Below, one piece after another: positions 1 through 10,758 of a stretch of DNA of 64,000 bases. Positions within the stretch are counted from its first letter, which is position 1. Every line of letters begins with the position of its first letter. A model generated the notes under the pieces. The model worked only from the letters and a program-made list of their open reading frames with translations. It was not told the DNA's origin and did no database searches. This DNA comes from Microgenomates group bacterium RBG_16_45_19 (GTDB lineage: Bacteria > Patescibacteriota > Microgenomatia > UBA1400 > RBG-16-45-19): assembly GCA_001803415.1 (NCBI GenBank), contig MHDC01000011.1, positions 4,642 through 68,641 of the forward strand. Reading direction: 5' to 3'. The position numbers and the translations under genes are program-made.

Positions 1-570
1 GATAGACCAACAACCCTGATGAGCCTCGATGAAGTATTAGCAATAGTTGCATTATATAGGCCAGGTGATCTAGAGCTAAAAGTTAAAATTGATGTGAAAT
101 TTATGACGCCAGAGGCGGTAGCGGGATTAGTCAATTCCATAAATAAAAGTAACTTGTCCCCGAGTCAGATATTAGTGACGTGCGGTCCGGCCGAGTATAT
201 GTGGTCAATACGGGCAATTGATGACACGATAGGTTTTGAGTTTAATACGGTTGAACCAGTCAATTTTATGTTGTCCCATGGTTTGTATTCCCGCGAAATG
301 ATAGAGGCATTTTTGGCGTATATAGTTAGGTGGGCACCATATATGAATGCTAAGCAAGTATCTTTGATGCAAGTAGCGATGAATTATTGGGGCAGGGAAG
401 TATTTCAGAATTTGGTTAAGTTTTTACACGATCAGGGTATGGGAGTACAAATATGGACTGCGAGCACTATGGCTGAGTATGACTATGATAGACAAGTGGG
501 AGTAGATTACGTTTTAATGCATGACCCAAGTCTGATCAGTGAAGTAACCCAAAACAAAGATAAAAGTTAA
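1..570 (+). CDS. Glycerophosphodiester phosphodiesterase-like protein, C-terminal part (5'-partial)
   Basis: Frame is open from base 1. GDPD-like motifs: 'LMSLDEVL', 'IDVK', 'LHDQGMGVQIWT', 'GVDYVLMHDP'. Confidence 0.6.
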   Translation, partial: DRPTTLMSLDEVLAIVALYRPGDLELKVKIDVKFMTPEAVAGLVNSINKSNLSPSQILVTCGPAEYMWSIRAIDDTIGFEFNTVEPVNFMLSHGLYSREMIEAFLAYIVRWAPYMNAKQVSLMQVAMNYWGREVFQNLVKFLHDQGMGVQIWTASTMAEYDYDRQVGVDYVLMHDPSLISEVTQNKDKS

Positions 571-778
571 TCTTGAAAGATCAGGATTTAAGTTCTAGAT
601 AGGTAAATGTTATGGCAAGAGTGTCCGGGGTGTTAAATCTAATATTGGGTGGTAAAATCAGTTGATAAAATAGGATTTCTTATGATTAGTCCGGATCAAA
701 GATTATTGGATAATCCATAATCGGGCAAAAATCCGGACTGATAAAGGTCAAACGGGACGATTAATGGACTAGGGGTGG

Positions 779-1156
779 ATGGGTGTCCTTGAAGGTCAGA
801 AGGAAGAATTGAAACTCACAAATTTAGAGGCAAATTTTTTTGGTGAAAGTGTACTACTGACGATGAAGTTGGGGGTGGATGGCCAGATGGAAGTGATTGG
901 CTCCGATCCAGAGACTTTGGAGAGAATAAAACAAAAAGATCCAAACAAAAAGGATGTTTATATCAGCGTCAGGGTTCCACCATCAAAATACTCCAATCGC
1001 TCCTTGGCTATTGTGGTGGGGAAGCTGGATGGAACTTGCCCGGTCATGTGGGATGACGATAACGCCAATTTATTCGCTCCAGTATGGGAAACCAAAGCCA
1101 AATTGGAAATTGAATTGCTAAAAAGGCACAACAATACTGCCCGGAGGCAAAGATAG
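779..1156 (+). CDS. Hypothetical protein
   Basis: 125-aa ORF with protein-like composition and no recognisable motif. Confidence 0.5.
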   Translation: MGVLEGQKEELKLTNLEANFFGESVLLTMKLGVDGQMEVIGSDPETLERIKQKDPNKKDVYISVRVPPSKYSNRSLAIVVGKLDGTCPVMWDDDNANLFAPVWETKAKLEIELLKRHNNTARRQR

Positions 1157-1218
1157 CCTTAATTACCAGTCAAACAGCCGGAAATACCTGGGACGATAAA
1201 AAACCCAGTACGGCGTCA

Positions 1219-1819
1219 GTGAAATTAAATATTAGCCAGTTGGTGGTTTACGATGAGGCTGAATTGATACCCCGGGATAATAAAACCGCGTTTGATTACG
1301 GCTTTGGAGTAGAAGACAAACTCGTTAAAGAGCACGGGCCGGATTATCGTCAGATGGTTGAGACGCTCAATCAGAGTAAGTTTCCACCTCACGGCGTTTT
1401 GGAATACTTATTGAGAGAAGCAAATCGCGACTTGGGTAGACAGCCCTACGGTCGATCTGGCTTATGCACAAGCCAGAATCGCTGAGGTAGTAAATTTTGA
1501 AAAATACCGGACTCCGTCAATGAATAAAGCACCGGTAGATTTCCTAATGCCCCCAGTGCAACCGTCATTTGGAGAAGTGCTGATGTTGGGAGATAGTGGT
1601 CAATTGTACCGATTAATTATTCCGGTACCGGGATATGCCATGGGCAATATGGAACGGTTGGGGGTAGACCTGAACCGAGATGATAATTTTCCTTGGATAA
1701 TTGAACCGGAAAAATTGTTGCTTTTTACCATGCGGTGCAACAAGATTTGGCTGCAGAATATCCGGTTTTATCGAAAGGATAATGGATTGAGAGGGAATGT
1801 AAGTACGGGTGGGGACTGA
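1219..1819 (+). pseudogene. Hypothetical gene, probably split by a frameshift (ORFs 1219-1485 and 1520-1819)
   Basis: The frame of 1520-1819 is open back to ~1415 (EKQIATWVDSPTVDLAYAQARIAEVVNFEKYRTPS) and overlaps the first ORF, so one +1 shift joins them. Confidence 0.4.
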
Positions 1820-1879
1820 TAGAGGCCATGGTAGAATGAGATTAATAAAAATAATTTCTGGTTAAGGGGGTGAGGGGAG

Positions 1880-2029
1880 ATGGATTGGTTATATACGATC
1901 GTGATTATATTAGTGGTGGTGTGGTTGGCCGGATTTTTACTTAAAATTGGGGGTAAATTTGTCCACTTGATCTTAATGATTGCCTTGATTTTATTTTTAC
2001 TGCGATTATTCGGCATTAATTTGTTTTAA
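1880..2029 (+). CDS. Small two-TM membrane protein (lmo0937/DUF5670-like), 49 aa, absent from the ORF track
   Basis: Translated by hand: MDWLYTIVIILVVVWLAGFLLKIGGKFVHLILMIALILFLLRLFGINLF*. Purine-rich RBS upstream; 'WLxGF..GG.xHxLL' pattern. Confidence 0.75.
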   Translation: MDWLYTIVIILVVVWLAGFLLKIGGKFVHLILMIALILFLLRLFGINLF

Positions 2030-2052
2030 CGATAGGACTCAAATACTGGTCT

Positions 2053-2520
2053 ATGGCTGAGCCGGGGGAGTTAGATTTACTGAAGGACGAATATTGGATT
2101 GTGGGGTGGCCGGTGTTTGCATTGCACTCGGACCGGTTCCCTTACTTGGTTTATCGGTTGGCAGGCGGGATCTATTCATTGGTAACGGTGCCGAAAAAGA
2201 TAAAGGATAAGTTAGCCATGTTGGAATGGGTACAGATGCAAAGCTTGAAGTATAAATATCAGGCTTGTTTGGTCTTTTCGGCCAAACAGGCGTACTACTT
2301 TAACGCTCCAGGCAAAATTGAAGAGACCAGGATCCCGGCTATGGGTGGGACGATTGTCAATTGGGATAAATTGAGAAGCGGTGAGATTAAGGAAAAAGTA
2401 ATGGAGGGAAAACTCAAAGTTTATGCCACCGATAATCCGAAGAGCGAGTTGCCCAATGTCACTTCGACGGGAATGAGGATTGCTTTTGAGGGGGTGGAGC
2501 CGCTGGTAGCGGCAAATTAA
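2053..2520 (+). CDS. Hypothetical protein
   Basis: 155-aa ORF with AGGA upstream. Confidence 0.6.
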   Translation: MAEPGELDLLKDEYWIVGWPVFALHSDRFPYLVYRLAGGIYSLVTVPKKIKDKLAMLEWVQMQSLKYKYQACLVFSAKQAYYFNAPGKIEETRIPAMGGTIVNWDKLRSGEIKEKVMEGKLKVYATDNPKSELPNVTSTGMRIAFEGVEPLVAAN

Positions 2521-2539
2521 GGTCGTGGGTTAGCAAAAT

Positions 2540-2917
2540 TTAATTGGCTTTGTCGTCCATGGGGGTCATGAGTTGGAAGTAGTTGCCGTCGGGGTCAGCT
2601 AAAGTGGCGATAGTCATCCCACTTTGGTCCTGATCCATGGAGTAGGGTTCGGCAATAACGGCGGAGGCTAGGGGTTTGAGACGTTTGAATTCACCGTTAA
2701 CATCACTGGTGGTGAAATTAAGTAAGAGGCGGTGAGAGTCACGGCTTTTACCCTTGATTTTATCGTGGGACCCAATCATGAAATAAAGACCCCCGGTTTC
2801 AAAACCGGCATAACCGTCATCCTGCCAATCCGGGTCTTTGCCGAAGACCTGAGAGTAAAAAGCGACCAGTTGTTTGAGGTTGTCGGTGTTAACCATGACC
2901 GAAGAGAAGTGCAGCAT
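2540..2917 (-). CDS. VOC/glyoxalase family protein
   Basis: 'LVAFYSQVFG' and 'ATLADPDGNYFQL' motifs; GGAG RBS. Confidence 0.9.
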   Translation of the reverse strand: MLHFSSVMVNTDNLKQLVAFYSQVFGKDPDWQDDGYAGFETGGLYFMIGSHDKIKGKSRDSHRLLLNFTTSDVNGEFKRLKPLASAVIAEPYSMDQDQSGMTIATLADPDGNYFQLMTPMDDKAN

Positions 2918-2988
2918 AGATCTCCTAGTTATTTAGTAATAGTATTAATATAGCTGATTTTTGTGGAGATGGGGTGAAGAAATGGAGA

Positions 2989-3822
2989 TTATGTCTTTAA
3001 GCGTTTGGATTTAGGGGTATAGTTGGTAGAGGAGATGACCTTAGTACCGCGGCGCTCGATGTCGCGGCGAGCGTTACCGGCGACAGCCCCACCTTCTTGG
3101 GCGTCACGAGTCAATTTGGACATGCCCTGGGCATTTCGGTCACGGGTGAGTTGGGTAGTGGTAGCTTCGCCGAGCAGGGTGAGAATGAGTTCCAGGTCAA
3201 CCATGTGATCCCGAAGGTTTTCCCGTTTAAGACTTTTTAATTTCTTATACTGCGCCACCGTAAGACCGAAAGCCCCGGTCATGATATCGTTGGTCAAGAT
3301 GGCGTAATCTAATTGTGATTTGGCCCCACGCTCACTCCACTCCTCGGTTAAGTCTTCACGAATAGCGATACCACGCATGCGTTTTTCAATCCAGCCTGAC
3401 GGATAGCCTTTAGCTTTATATAGAGCCCGGGTGCGTTTGGTACCGAGCTCTGGATCTTCGATTTCTTGAACGCGCTCATAACCAACCCGAGCCAGCCAGC
3501 GTTTAAAAGGCTCAGCTTTGAGAGAAGGAATGGATTGGATAATGCGAAAAATACCTTCAGTGTTGGCACAATCAGTGGTGTATTTTTTACCATCAGATGC
3601 CTCTAATTTCAGTCCGTGACAAAATGTCACAACCTCACTACCCTCTTCAGTTAAACGCTGCTTAAGTTTCCGCCAGTAGGCACTGGCATCGACGCTTGCT
3701 GTCAGAGCAGCACAGATATCAACAACTGAAAACCACCATTCGTATTGGAAGATAATTCGGCGGATTTGTTTCTGGCGGAAAACGGCAATCTTGGTATCTG
3801 GAATCAAGGATGAAGGGTTCAT
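2989..3822 (-). CDS. Bro-N domain protein (phage antirepressor-like)
   Basis: 'WWFSVVDIC', 'YWRKLKQRL', 'IQSIPSLKAEPFKRWLA', 'ENLRDHM'. Confidence 0.85.
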   Translation of the reverse strand: MNPSSLIPDTKIAVFRQKQIRRIIFQYEWWFSVVDICAALTASVDASAYWRKLKQRLTEEGSEVVTFCHGLKLEASDGKKYTTDCANTEGIFRIIQSIPSLKAEPFKRWLARVGYERVQEIEDPELGTKRTRALYKAKGYPSGWIEKRMRGIAIREDLTEEWSERGAKSQLDYAILTNDIMTGAFGLTVAQYKKLKSLKRENLRDHMVDLELILTLLGEATTTQLTRDRNAQGMSKLTRDAQEGGAVAGNARRDIERRGTKVISSTNYTPKSKRLKT

Positions 3823-3881
3823 GAGTTCAATATATCACCCGAAGGATAGACGAAACAAGATATGAATATTGATTAATAACG

Positions 3882-4211
3882 TTACTCGACAACGCGAATT
3901 AAGTTCGTGCCTAAGATTATTATAAATTCAATAAAGGCAAAGAAATACCAACCAATTATTGCCCCAAAATGATATGGCTCAGACGGCTGTCCGATTACAA
4001 TAAACAACATAGTAATTACGAGGCATGCAATAACAAAGTTAAGTATGGTTAGACTAAGTACTCGAACAAGTTTCTCCCATCGTTTAGTTTTAGACTTTGA
4101 TATGTTTATACTTAATCTGACAGATGGATATAACAGGATTAATGGCAATACCAGCGAGATGATTAGTGTGAAGATGAGATAAATAATGCTTAGAAAATCT
4201 TCTCTGTACAT
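3882..4211 (-). CDS. Hypothetical three-TM membrane protein
   Basis: Hydrophobic ORF. Start MYREDF at 4211 chosen because the longer ORF runs into the groEL terminator and TATACT lies 8 nt upstream. AT-rich. Confidence 0.55.
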   Translation of the reverse strand: MYREDFLSIIYLIFTLIISLVLPLILLYPSVRLSINISKSKTKRWEKLVRVLSLTILNFVIACLVITMLFIVIGQPSEPYHFGAIIGWYFFAFIEFIIILGTNLIRVVE

Positions 4212-4235
4212 GTGAATTGAGTATAGCAAATAGCA

Positions 4236-4264
4236 ACAAAAAGCCGGGGGGGAGCCCCGGCTTT
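4236..4264 (-). terminator. Rho-independent terminator of groESL
   Basis: Stem AAAGCCGGGG/CCCCGGCTTT with a 5-nt loop, followed by a T-tract on the minus strand. Confidence 0.8.
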
Positions 4265-4279
4265 GAATTAAAATATGAG

Positions 4280-4324
4280 AAAACACCTCTGAGGATGCCA
4301 GGCGGCAACCTCCGAGGAGTTTTT

Positions 4325-4325
<1 letters not shown>
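4280..4325. repeat. Imperfect long hairpin immediately after the groEL stop
   Basis: aaaac-a-cctc-t-gagg-a-tgcc-(aggc)-ggca-a-cctc-c-gagg-a-gtttt. Confidence 0.55.
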
Positions 4326-5980
<1,655 letters not shown>

Positions 5981-5991
5981 TCATTACAAGT

Positions 5992-6318
5992 TTATTTAAC
6001 AATGGCTAAGATATCTTCAAACTTTAAGAATTGATATTCGATATCTAAGATTTTGACGTCGTTGCCGCCCCACTTTTTATAGACAACGGTGGCGCCTTTG
6101 TTGACCGGAGCTTTAATCTTGGCGCCTTGTTCGGTGACCCAGTCACCGCCGACGGCTAAAACGGTGCCGTGCTGGGGTTTTTCATCGTGAGAATCGGGTA
6201 AATAGATACCGGAATCGGTTTGTTTTTGGGTGGCGCTGGGTTTAACTAGGACGTATCCCGGGAGGGGATGAAGTTGGTCAATGTTCAAAGCAGATAACTT
6301 TTTGGCCTTTTTAGCCAT
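5992..6318 (-). CDS. groS: Co-chaperonin GroES
   Basis: 'HPLPGYVLV...SGIYLP...GTVLAVG...EDILAI'. AGGAGG RBS before MAKK at 6318. Confidence 0.97.
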   Translation of the reverse strand: MAKKAKKLSALNIDQLHPLPGYVLVKPSATQKQTDSGIYLPDSHDEKPQHGTVLAVGGDWVTEQGAKIKAPVNKGATVVYKKWGGNDVKILDIEYQFLKFEDILAIVK

Positions 6319-6362
6319 ATAAATCCTCCTAATAAATAACTTAACGGTTGAACCAGCGGCAA

Positions 6363-6440
6363 TTAGCAACTTATGCCTGCGGTTGCTATTCTATGAAGTG
6401 GATAAATAGTTGTCAAGCACCTATTGTGGGGGAGTGCTAA
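6363..6440 (-). promoter_or_regulatory. Sigma70 promoter of groESL flanked by two CIRCE-like (HrcA) operators
   Basis: Minus strand: TTAGCACTC-N9-AGGTGCTTG (6440-6414) overlaps -35 TTGACA (6416-6411); 17-nt spacer; -10 TAGAAT (6393-6388); then ATAGCAACC-N9-AGTTGCTAA (6389-6363). Confidence 0.85.
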
Positions 6441-6464
6441 TGGTTCGACTACGATCAGGACAGG

Positions 6465-7022
6465 TTACTTGGCTTCTTTGACGGCGGAGAGGAGTACACC
6501 TTCACAGATCAGGCCTTCGTCGTTGAATTCCTGGTTAATGGCGGCTTTGAGTTGGGCTTCTAAGGCCGGACGGTTGGCTTTGACCTGGGCTAGGGTGTAA
6601 GCCGAAACAACGTTGGCCACTCGAGAACGGGAAAAGGGGCGAACGACTTTGGAGACAAAATTATCACCGATGTTTTCCCACATTTGGGGAGCTTTATGCT
6701 TATTGATGCGAAAGAGAATCGAACCCTCAATCTCGATATTATGGTTGTCTGAGGAGGTGGCTTTGATGGGAGCGTCGCCTAAGGCTTCGCGATTTTGAAA
6801 GTCAAAGCCTTCATGGATGGTGTATTCCAGAATTTGGGCATTAAACAGTTTAGCCACTTGCCAAAAGGGGATCTTGAGGTGGAGGCCGGGACCCCAGACG
6901 TGAGGCAAAACTCCGCGGCCGCGGTCATAGACGCAGGCGACATGCCCCGGCGGGACGGAAATAAAGAAGCCGCCAACGACTTCATCCACGAAAAAGCCAA
7001 CGACTAAACGGTCTAAGTCCAT
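6465..7022 (-). CDS. SPFH/band 7 (prohibitin) domain protein
   Basis: 'VPPGHVAC', 'GPGLHLKIPF', 'VVRPFSRSRVANVVSAY'. Confidence 0.85.
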   Translation of the reverse strand: MDLDRLVVGFFVDEVVGGFFISVPPGHVACVYDRGRGVLPHVWGPGLHLKIPFWQVAKLFNAQILEYTIHEGFDFQNREALGDAPIKATSSDNHNIEIEGSILFRINKHKAPQMWENIGDNFVSKVVRPFSRSRVANVVSAYTLAQVKANRPALEAQLKAAINQEFNDEGLICEGVLLSAVKEAK

Positions 7023-7151
7023 AAGAAAGTGACTTTAGTTAGTATATATCATCAAAGACGGAGGTATTATACCGGCTTTTAGGCTAAAGTAAATATTATA
7101 GGTTTATTCCTAACCCCAGCCTAATCTAGTAAGATAATATCTGGAGGAAAG

Positions 7152-8393
7152 ATGCCTGAAGCAGAACCAGCCAGAGAGAAACCAGCCGTGGTGACGGCGA
7201 TTCCGACGGCTCACCCGAGCCGCTTAATCCCGATTCCTCGGCTGACGACTATTTTAGCCTGGGGGTTAATCCTGTTCTTCCTGTTTGCCTTGGGCTCCCA
7301 CATGGCCTTGCGTTTTTACGCCAGCGCCTTGTTTTTGTTCTACTCGGTGGTCAGCAGTATGTGGATCGCGGTGATGCTGCTGGGGGTGTTCCAGACGATC
7401 CTGATGGTCCCCCTCAGGGTAATTAACCTGATCAAGACAGATAATATCAAGGAATTTCAGGCGAAGATTGCCGAGATCGAGACGGAAAAAGAGCAGCAGT
7501 TTGTTTTAAAAAAGAGCGTCCACAGCGGCGAACGAGTTATCCTGTTTTACGCCGTCAATTTTGTTATTCAAGCGGTCTCGTACCTGACGATCGGGCGCCT
7601 GTTTTTGATCGACTTTTACAAAAAAGCCTTAAACCCAGACTTGTTATACCGGTTTATACCCTACCCCAATTACCCGATAAAAGGCTTGATCTACCGCTTG
7701 CCCTACCCCTGGTTTACCGAGACTTATGACTTTGGCATGAAAGCGGTCTTTTGGGTGTGGATTATTGTCTCGGTCATCCAGGCGGTGATTTATGCCGTCC
7801 GCTACGTCAGCCGCGAACGGGCTAAAAAGAAAGCACCTCAGAAGACTGAAGCCTCGATTATGACCCAAGTCAAGAAATATTCGACCGGGTACTTGGTCGT
7901 GTTTTTGGTGTTGTCATATATAGTGGTCAGGCATTTCCCGATAAACTGGCAGATTTTTTACTTTACCGGCAATGTGGCCGTACCCAACCCGCGATTTAAC
8001 CTGATCACGGCGATCGTGACCTTTATCACCATTGTGTGGCTGTCGTTGTCGAAGATTAGACTCAAGGGGCGGTTAGCCGAGGCGGCCGGGATTGATCAAG
8101 AAATCATTAACGAGACCCAAAGAGGAATGTTAAAAGACACCTTGCTGGCCGCGACGCTAGTGGGCATTGCCGCCTATCTGATTACCAACCAGATACCGAG
8201 CGCCTTTGAACTGTCGATCTTTACCTTTGAGGTGATTGCCCTGTTGTCACCCTGGACCTTGGATAAATTAATTATCAACCGGAAAAAAGCCAGAGATGAA
8301 TCAGCTAAGGGAACGAAGCAGGAGGCTGGTGGAGACGGTGGGGTTAAAGCGGTGGACCACCCGGCAAGTAATCCCCAGGCGGCGGCAAATTAA
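7152..8393 (+). CDS. Multi-TM membrane protein with a divergent YidC/Oxa1-like N-terminal region
   Basis: 'MWIAVMLLGVFQTILMVPL...IKEFQAKIAEI...FVIQAVSYLTIGRLF' follows the YidC TM1-coiled coil-TM2 pattern. GGAGG RBS. Confidence 0.55.
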   Translation: MPEAEPAREKPAVVTAIPTAHPSRLIPIPRLTTILAWGLILFFLFALGSHMALRFYASALFLFYSVVSSMWIAVMLLGVFQTILMVPLRVINLIKTDNIKEFQAKIAEIETEKEQQFVLKKSVHSGERVILFYAVNFVIQAVSYLTIGRLFLIDFYKKALNPDLLYRFIPYPNYPIKGLIYRLPYPWFTETYDFGMKAVFWVWIIVSVIQAVIYAVRYVSRERAKKKAPQKTEASIMTQVKKYSTGYLVVFLVLSYIVVRHFPINWQIFYFTGNVAVPNPRFNLITAIVTFITIVWLSLSKIRLKGRLAEAAGIDQEIINETQRGMLKDTLLAATLVGIAAYLITNQIPSAFELSIFTFEVIALLSPWTLDKLIINRKKARDESAKGTKQEAGGDGGVKAVDHPASNPQAAAN

Positions 8394-8768
8394 CCGCTTG
8401 TTGGCCAAGTGAGCCGTGTGGGAGGAGACGGCGTAAAGGTCGGGCTTTAAGGCGGTCATGAAGTTAATCCAGTCTTCCTGGCGGGAAAATTGCTGGGGCA
8501 ACACAAAAGCGAGGTCAACGGCGGCTAAAGCTCGCAGTTGTTCGAGGCGGATTTTGGCCGAGTTGACGGGGCGGTGGGAACCCTTAATGCGGCGGACCCG
8601 GGCGTCAGTTTCGAGGCCGACGATGAGTTTGTCACCGGCGGCTTTGGCTTTGGTTAAGAAGCGCAAGTGTTCGAGATGAAGGAGGTCAAAGACGCCAGTG
8701 GCCAGAACGACCTTGAGGCCTTGAGAATGCCAAATAGCAAGTTGTTGGACAAGCGGTTGGAGAGACAT
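8301..8768 (-). CDS. Cytidylyltransferase-family nucleotidyltransferase (RfaE domain II/TagD-like)
   Basis: 'ATGVFDLLHLEH', 'GDKLIVGL', 'KGSHRPVN', 'STSLL'. Confidence 0.9.
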   Translation of the reverse strand: MSLQPLVQQLAIWHSQGLKVVLATGVFDLLHLEHLRFLTKAKAAGDKLIVGLETDARVRRIKGSHRPVNSAKIRLEQLRALAAVDLAFVLPQQFSRQEDWINFMTALKPDLYAVSSHTAHLANKRLICRRLGITCRVVHRFNPTVSTSLLLRSLS

Positions 8769-8794
8769 GTATAGTATTTTAACAGGAATGATTT

Positions 8795-8989
8795 ATGTGC
8801 TTGACGGTGCCGAGACGAGTCGAAAAGGTGGAGGGGGAGAAGGCTTTACTTCAGGATGGGCGGTGGGTCAAGAGCTTGGTGGGAAAGTTGAAGCCGGGAG
8901 AGATGGTGCTGGCGCAGGCGAACTTGGTCATAGAGAAAGTGCCAGTTAAGAGAGTAGGTGAGATGAAGGAAACCCTGCTTGAATCTTGA
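8795..8989 (+). CDS. hypC: HypC/HupF-like hydrogenase chaperone
   Basis: N-terminal MCLTVP and OB-fold 'LKPGEMVL'. The conserved His is replaced by Q. Confidence 0.75.
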   Translation: MCLTVPRRVEKVEGEKALLQDGRWVKSLVGKLKPGEMVLAQANLVIEKVPVKRVGEMKETLLES

Positions 8990-9017
8990 TAGATGAATAA
9001 TGAATAATGAATGATGC

Positions 9018-9950
9018 ATGATGAGTAAATCACTAAACCAGGGAATAATGTTCGCGATCGGGGCGGCGGTGATTTCGGGAGTGGCTAATTATGCCAATGG
9101 TATGGTAGTGCGGGGGATAGACCCATTAGTGCATAACGTGGTCAAGAACGGCTTGGTGGGGGTGGCCATGCTGGTGATTTTATTAGTCACGGCTGAATGG
9201 CGAACACTGGGCAAGTTAAAGCCCAAACAATGGCGAAACTTGGGGCTGGTAGCCCTGATCGGGGGCAGTATTCCCTTTTGGTTGTTTTTTACCGGGGTCA
9301 AGCAAATCGGGGGGGTGGAGGGGTCAATGATCCATAAAAGTCTGATTTTTTGGGTAGCGTTGATGGCCATACCGCTGCTTAAAGAACGAGTGGGCTTAAA
9401 AATGTGGGCGGCGATTGGATTACTGTATCTATCGAATATGGCCGCTGGGTTTACCGGTTTTAAGACTTTAGGGATAGCTCATTTGATGGTGCTTAGCGCC
9501 ACCATGTTCTGGGCGGTGGAAAACATTTTAGTCAAAAAGACTTTGACGGGAGTGCCCGTGAACGTGGTGGTGACAGCCAGGATGCTGGGTGGAGCGGTGA
9601 TACTGGCCGGAATCTTGGTGGCGTCGGGCAAGGCACCATTAGTGAGCCAGTTAACTACCAGCCAGTGGTGGATGCTGATGGGGGTAGCGTTGTTACTTTT
9701 TGGTTATGTTTCAACTTGGTATCGGGCGTTGCAGTTAGCACCGGTAACGGTGGTAGCTGGCATTTTGGTGGGAGCAACGGTGGTGACCACGATGCTGGAA
9801 GCGGTTTTGAGGACCAAGACTGTGAGCCTGGGGGCGGTGGTCCAGGGGACGATGATGATTACCGGGATCTATTTGGTGGTGACGGCCGTCAAGGATTGGA
9901 AAGCTTTGGGGGATAGGGCAACCACGTTTTGGAAGCCGAAGATTTCATGA
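9018..9950 (+). CDS. EamA/DMT family transporter
   Basis: About 10 TM segments in two repeats; 'LLKERVG', 'WYRALQLAPVT'. Confidence 0.9.
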   Translation: MMSKSLNQGIMFAIGAAVISGVANYANGMVVRGIDPLVHNVVKNGLVGVAMLVILLVTAEWRTLGKLKPKQWRNLGLVALIGGSIPFWLFFTGVKQIGGVEGSMIHKSLIFWVALMAIPLLKERVGLKMWAAIGLLYLSNMAAGFTGFKTLGIAHLMVLSATMFWAVENILVKKTLTGVPVNVVVTARMLGGAVILAGILVASGKAPLVSQLTTSQWWMLMGVALLLFGYVSTWYRALQLAPVTVVAGILVGATVVTTMLEAVLRTKTVSLGAVVQGTMMITGIYLVVTAVKDWKALGDRATTFWKPKIS

Positions 9951-10714
9951 GTTAAAGGGCGATAGTCGGTTAAGGCAAGCCAACCGTGAGGTAAGAGACG
10001 GAAAAAATGGTAGCCGGGTAAAGCGGCCAGGATGTCTTTAAAAAAGGTACGGGTGTAAGCGTGTAAATCGTTGAATTCCAATTGAACCAGAGCAATAGCT
10101 TGGCGCCGAAGCAAATGGGCGGCACCGGTTAAGACTGGTAACTCGTTACCTTCGGTGTCGATTTTGAGCCAGTCGATGGCTTTAACCGTTTGAGATTTGG
10201 CCCAAGAGTCTAGAGTCACGGTGCTAACCGGATAGCGTTTGACTGGCTGGTGGTAAAAATCGGTAATGATTTGGCGGTGAATAGAGGCTAAGGTGGCAGT
10301 GGGTTGAGTCGGTTTGAGGGGAGCCTGGTCGGCAAAATCATAGAGAAAAGTCCGGCTGACATGATCGCTGACCGCCTGCTGATAAAGGGCAATGGTGGAA
10401 ATAGATTTAAGATGATGTTGCAGCAATTTAAAAGTCTCAGGATTGGGTTCAAAACAGTGATAATGGGCTTTAGGGAAGAAAGTCATCAATTCACGGGTGT
10501 AGCCGCCTTCATTGGCACCAACATCACAGACGACCCTGACCTGAAAGTGCTTTTGGACGTGACGCATAAGCCAGCGTTCGCCGGTAGCCAGGCTGCCTTC
10601 AGCGTTTAAGACTCCTAAACCACGGAGACTGAGGTGATGGAGCCGAGTAAAGAGAGGGGCTAAAGCTGGGCGGCAGAAAAGACGTTGGTAAAGGGTAATC
10701 AGGGAGGCTTTCAT
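9869..10714 (-). CDS. FkbM family methyltransferase
   Basis: 'DVGANEG', 'FEPNP', 'LKIDTEGNE'. Confidence 0.92.
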   Translation of the reverse strand: MKASLITLYQRLFCRPALAPLFTRLHHLSLRGLGVLNAEGSLATGERWLMRHVQKHFQVRVVCDVGANEGGYTRELMTFFPKAHYHCFEPNPETFKLLQHHLKSISTIALYQQAVSDHVSRTFLYDFADQAPLKPTQPTATLASIHRQIITDFYHQPVKRYPVSTVTLDSWAKSQTVKAIDWLKIDTEGNELPVLTGAAHLLRRQAIALVQLEFNDLHAYTRTFFKDILAALPGYHFFRLLPHGWLALTDYRPLTHEIFGFQNVVALSPKAFQSLTAVTTK

Positions 10715-10758
10715 CAGGCTTAGTCTAACAGAAACAGTCGGTCATGCTAAACTGCCTT

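Noticed and set aside
2989-3822. Prophage suggested by the Bro-N gene
   Set aside because: No integrase, structural or replication phage genes nearby.
6397-6405. DnaA box-like AGTGGATAA in the groES promoter spacer
   Set aside because: A single one-mismatch 9-mer is expected by chance.
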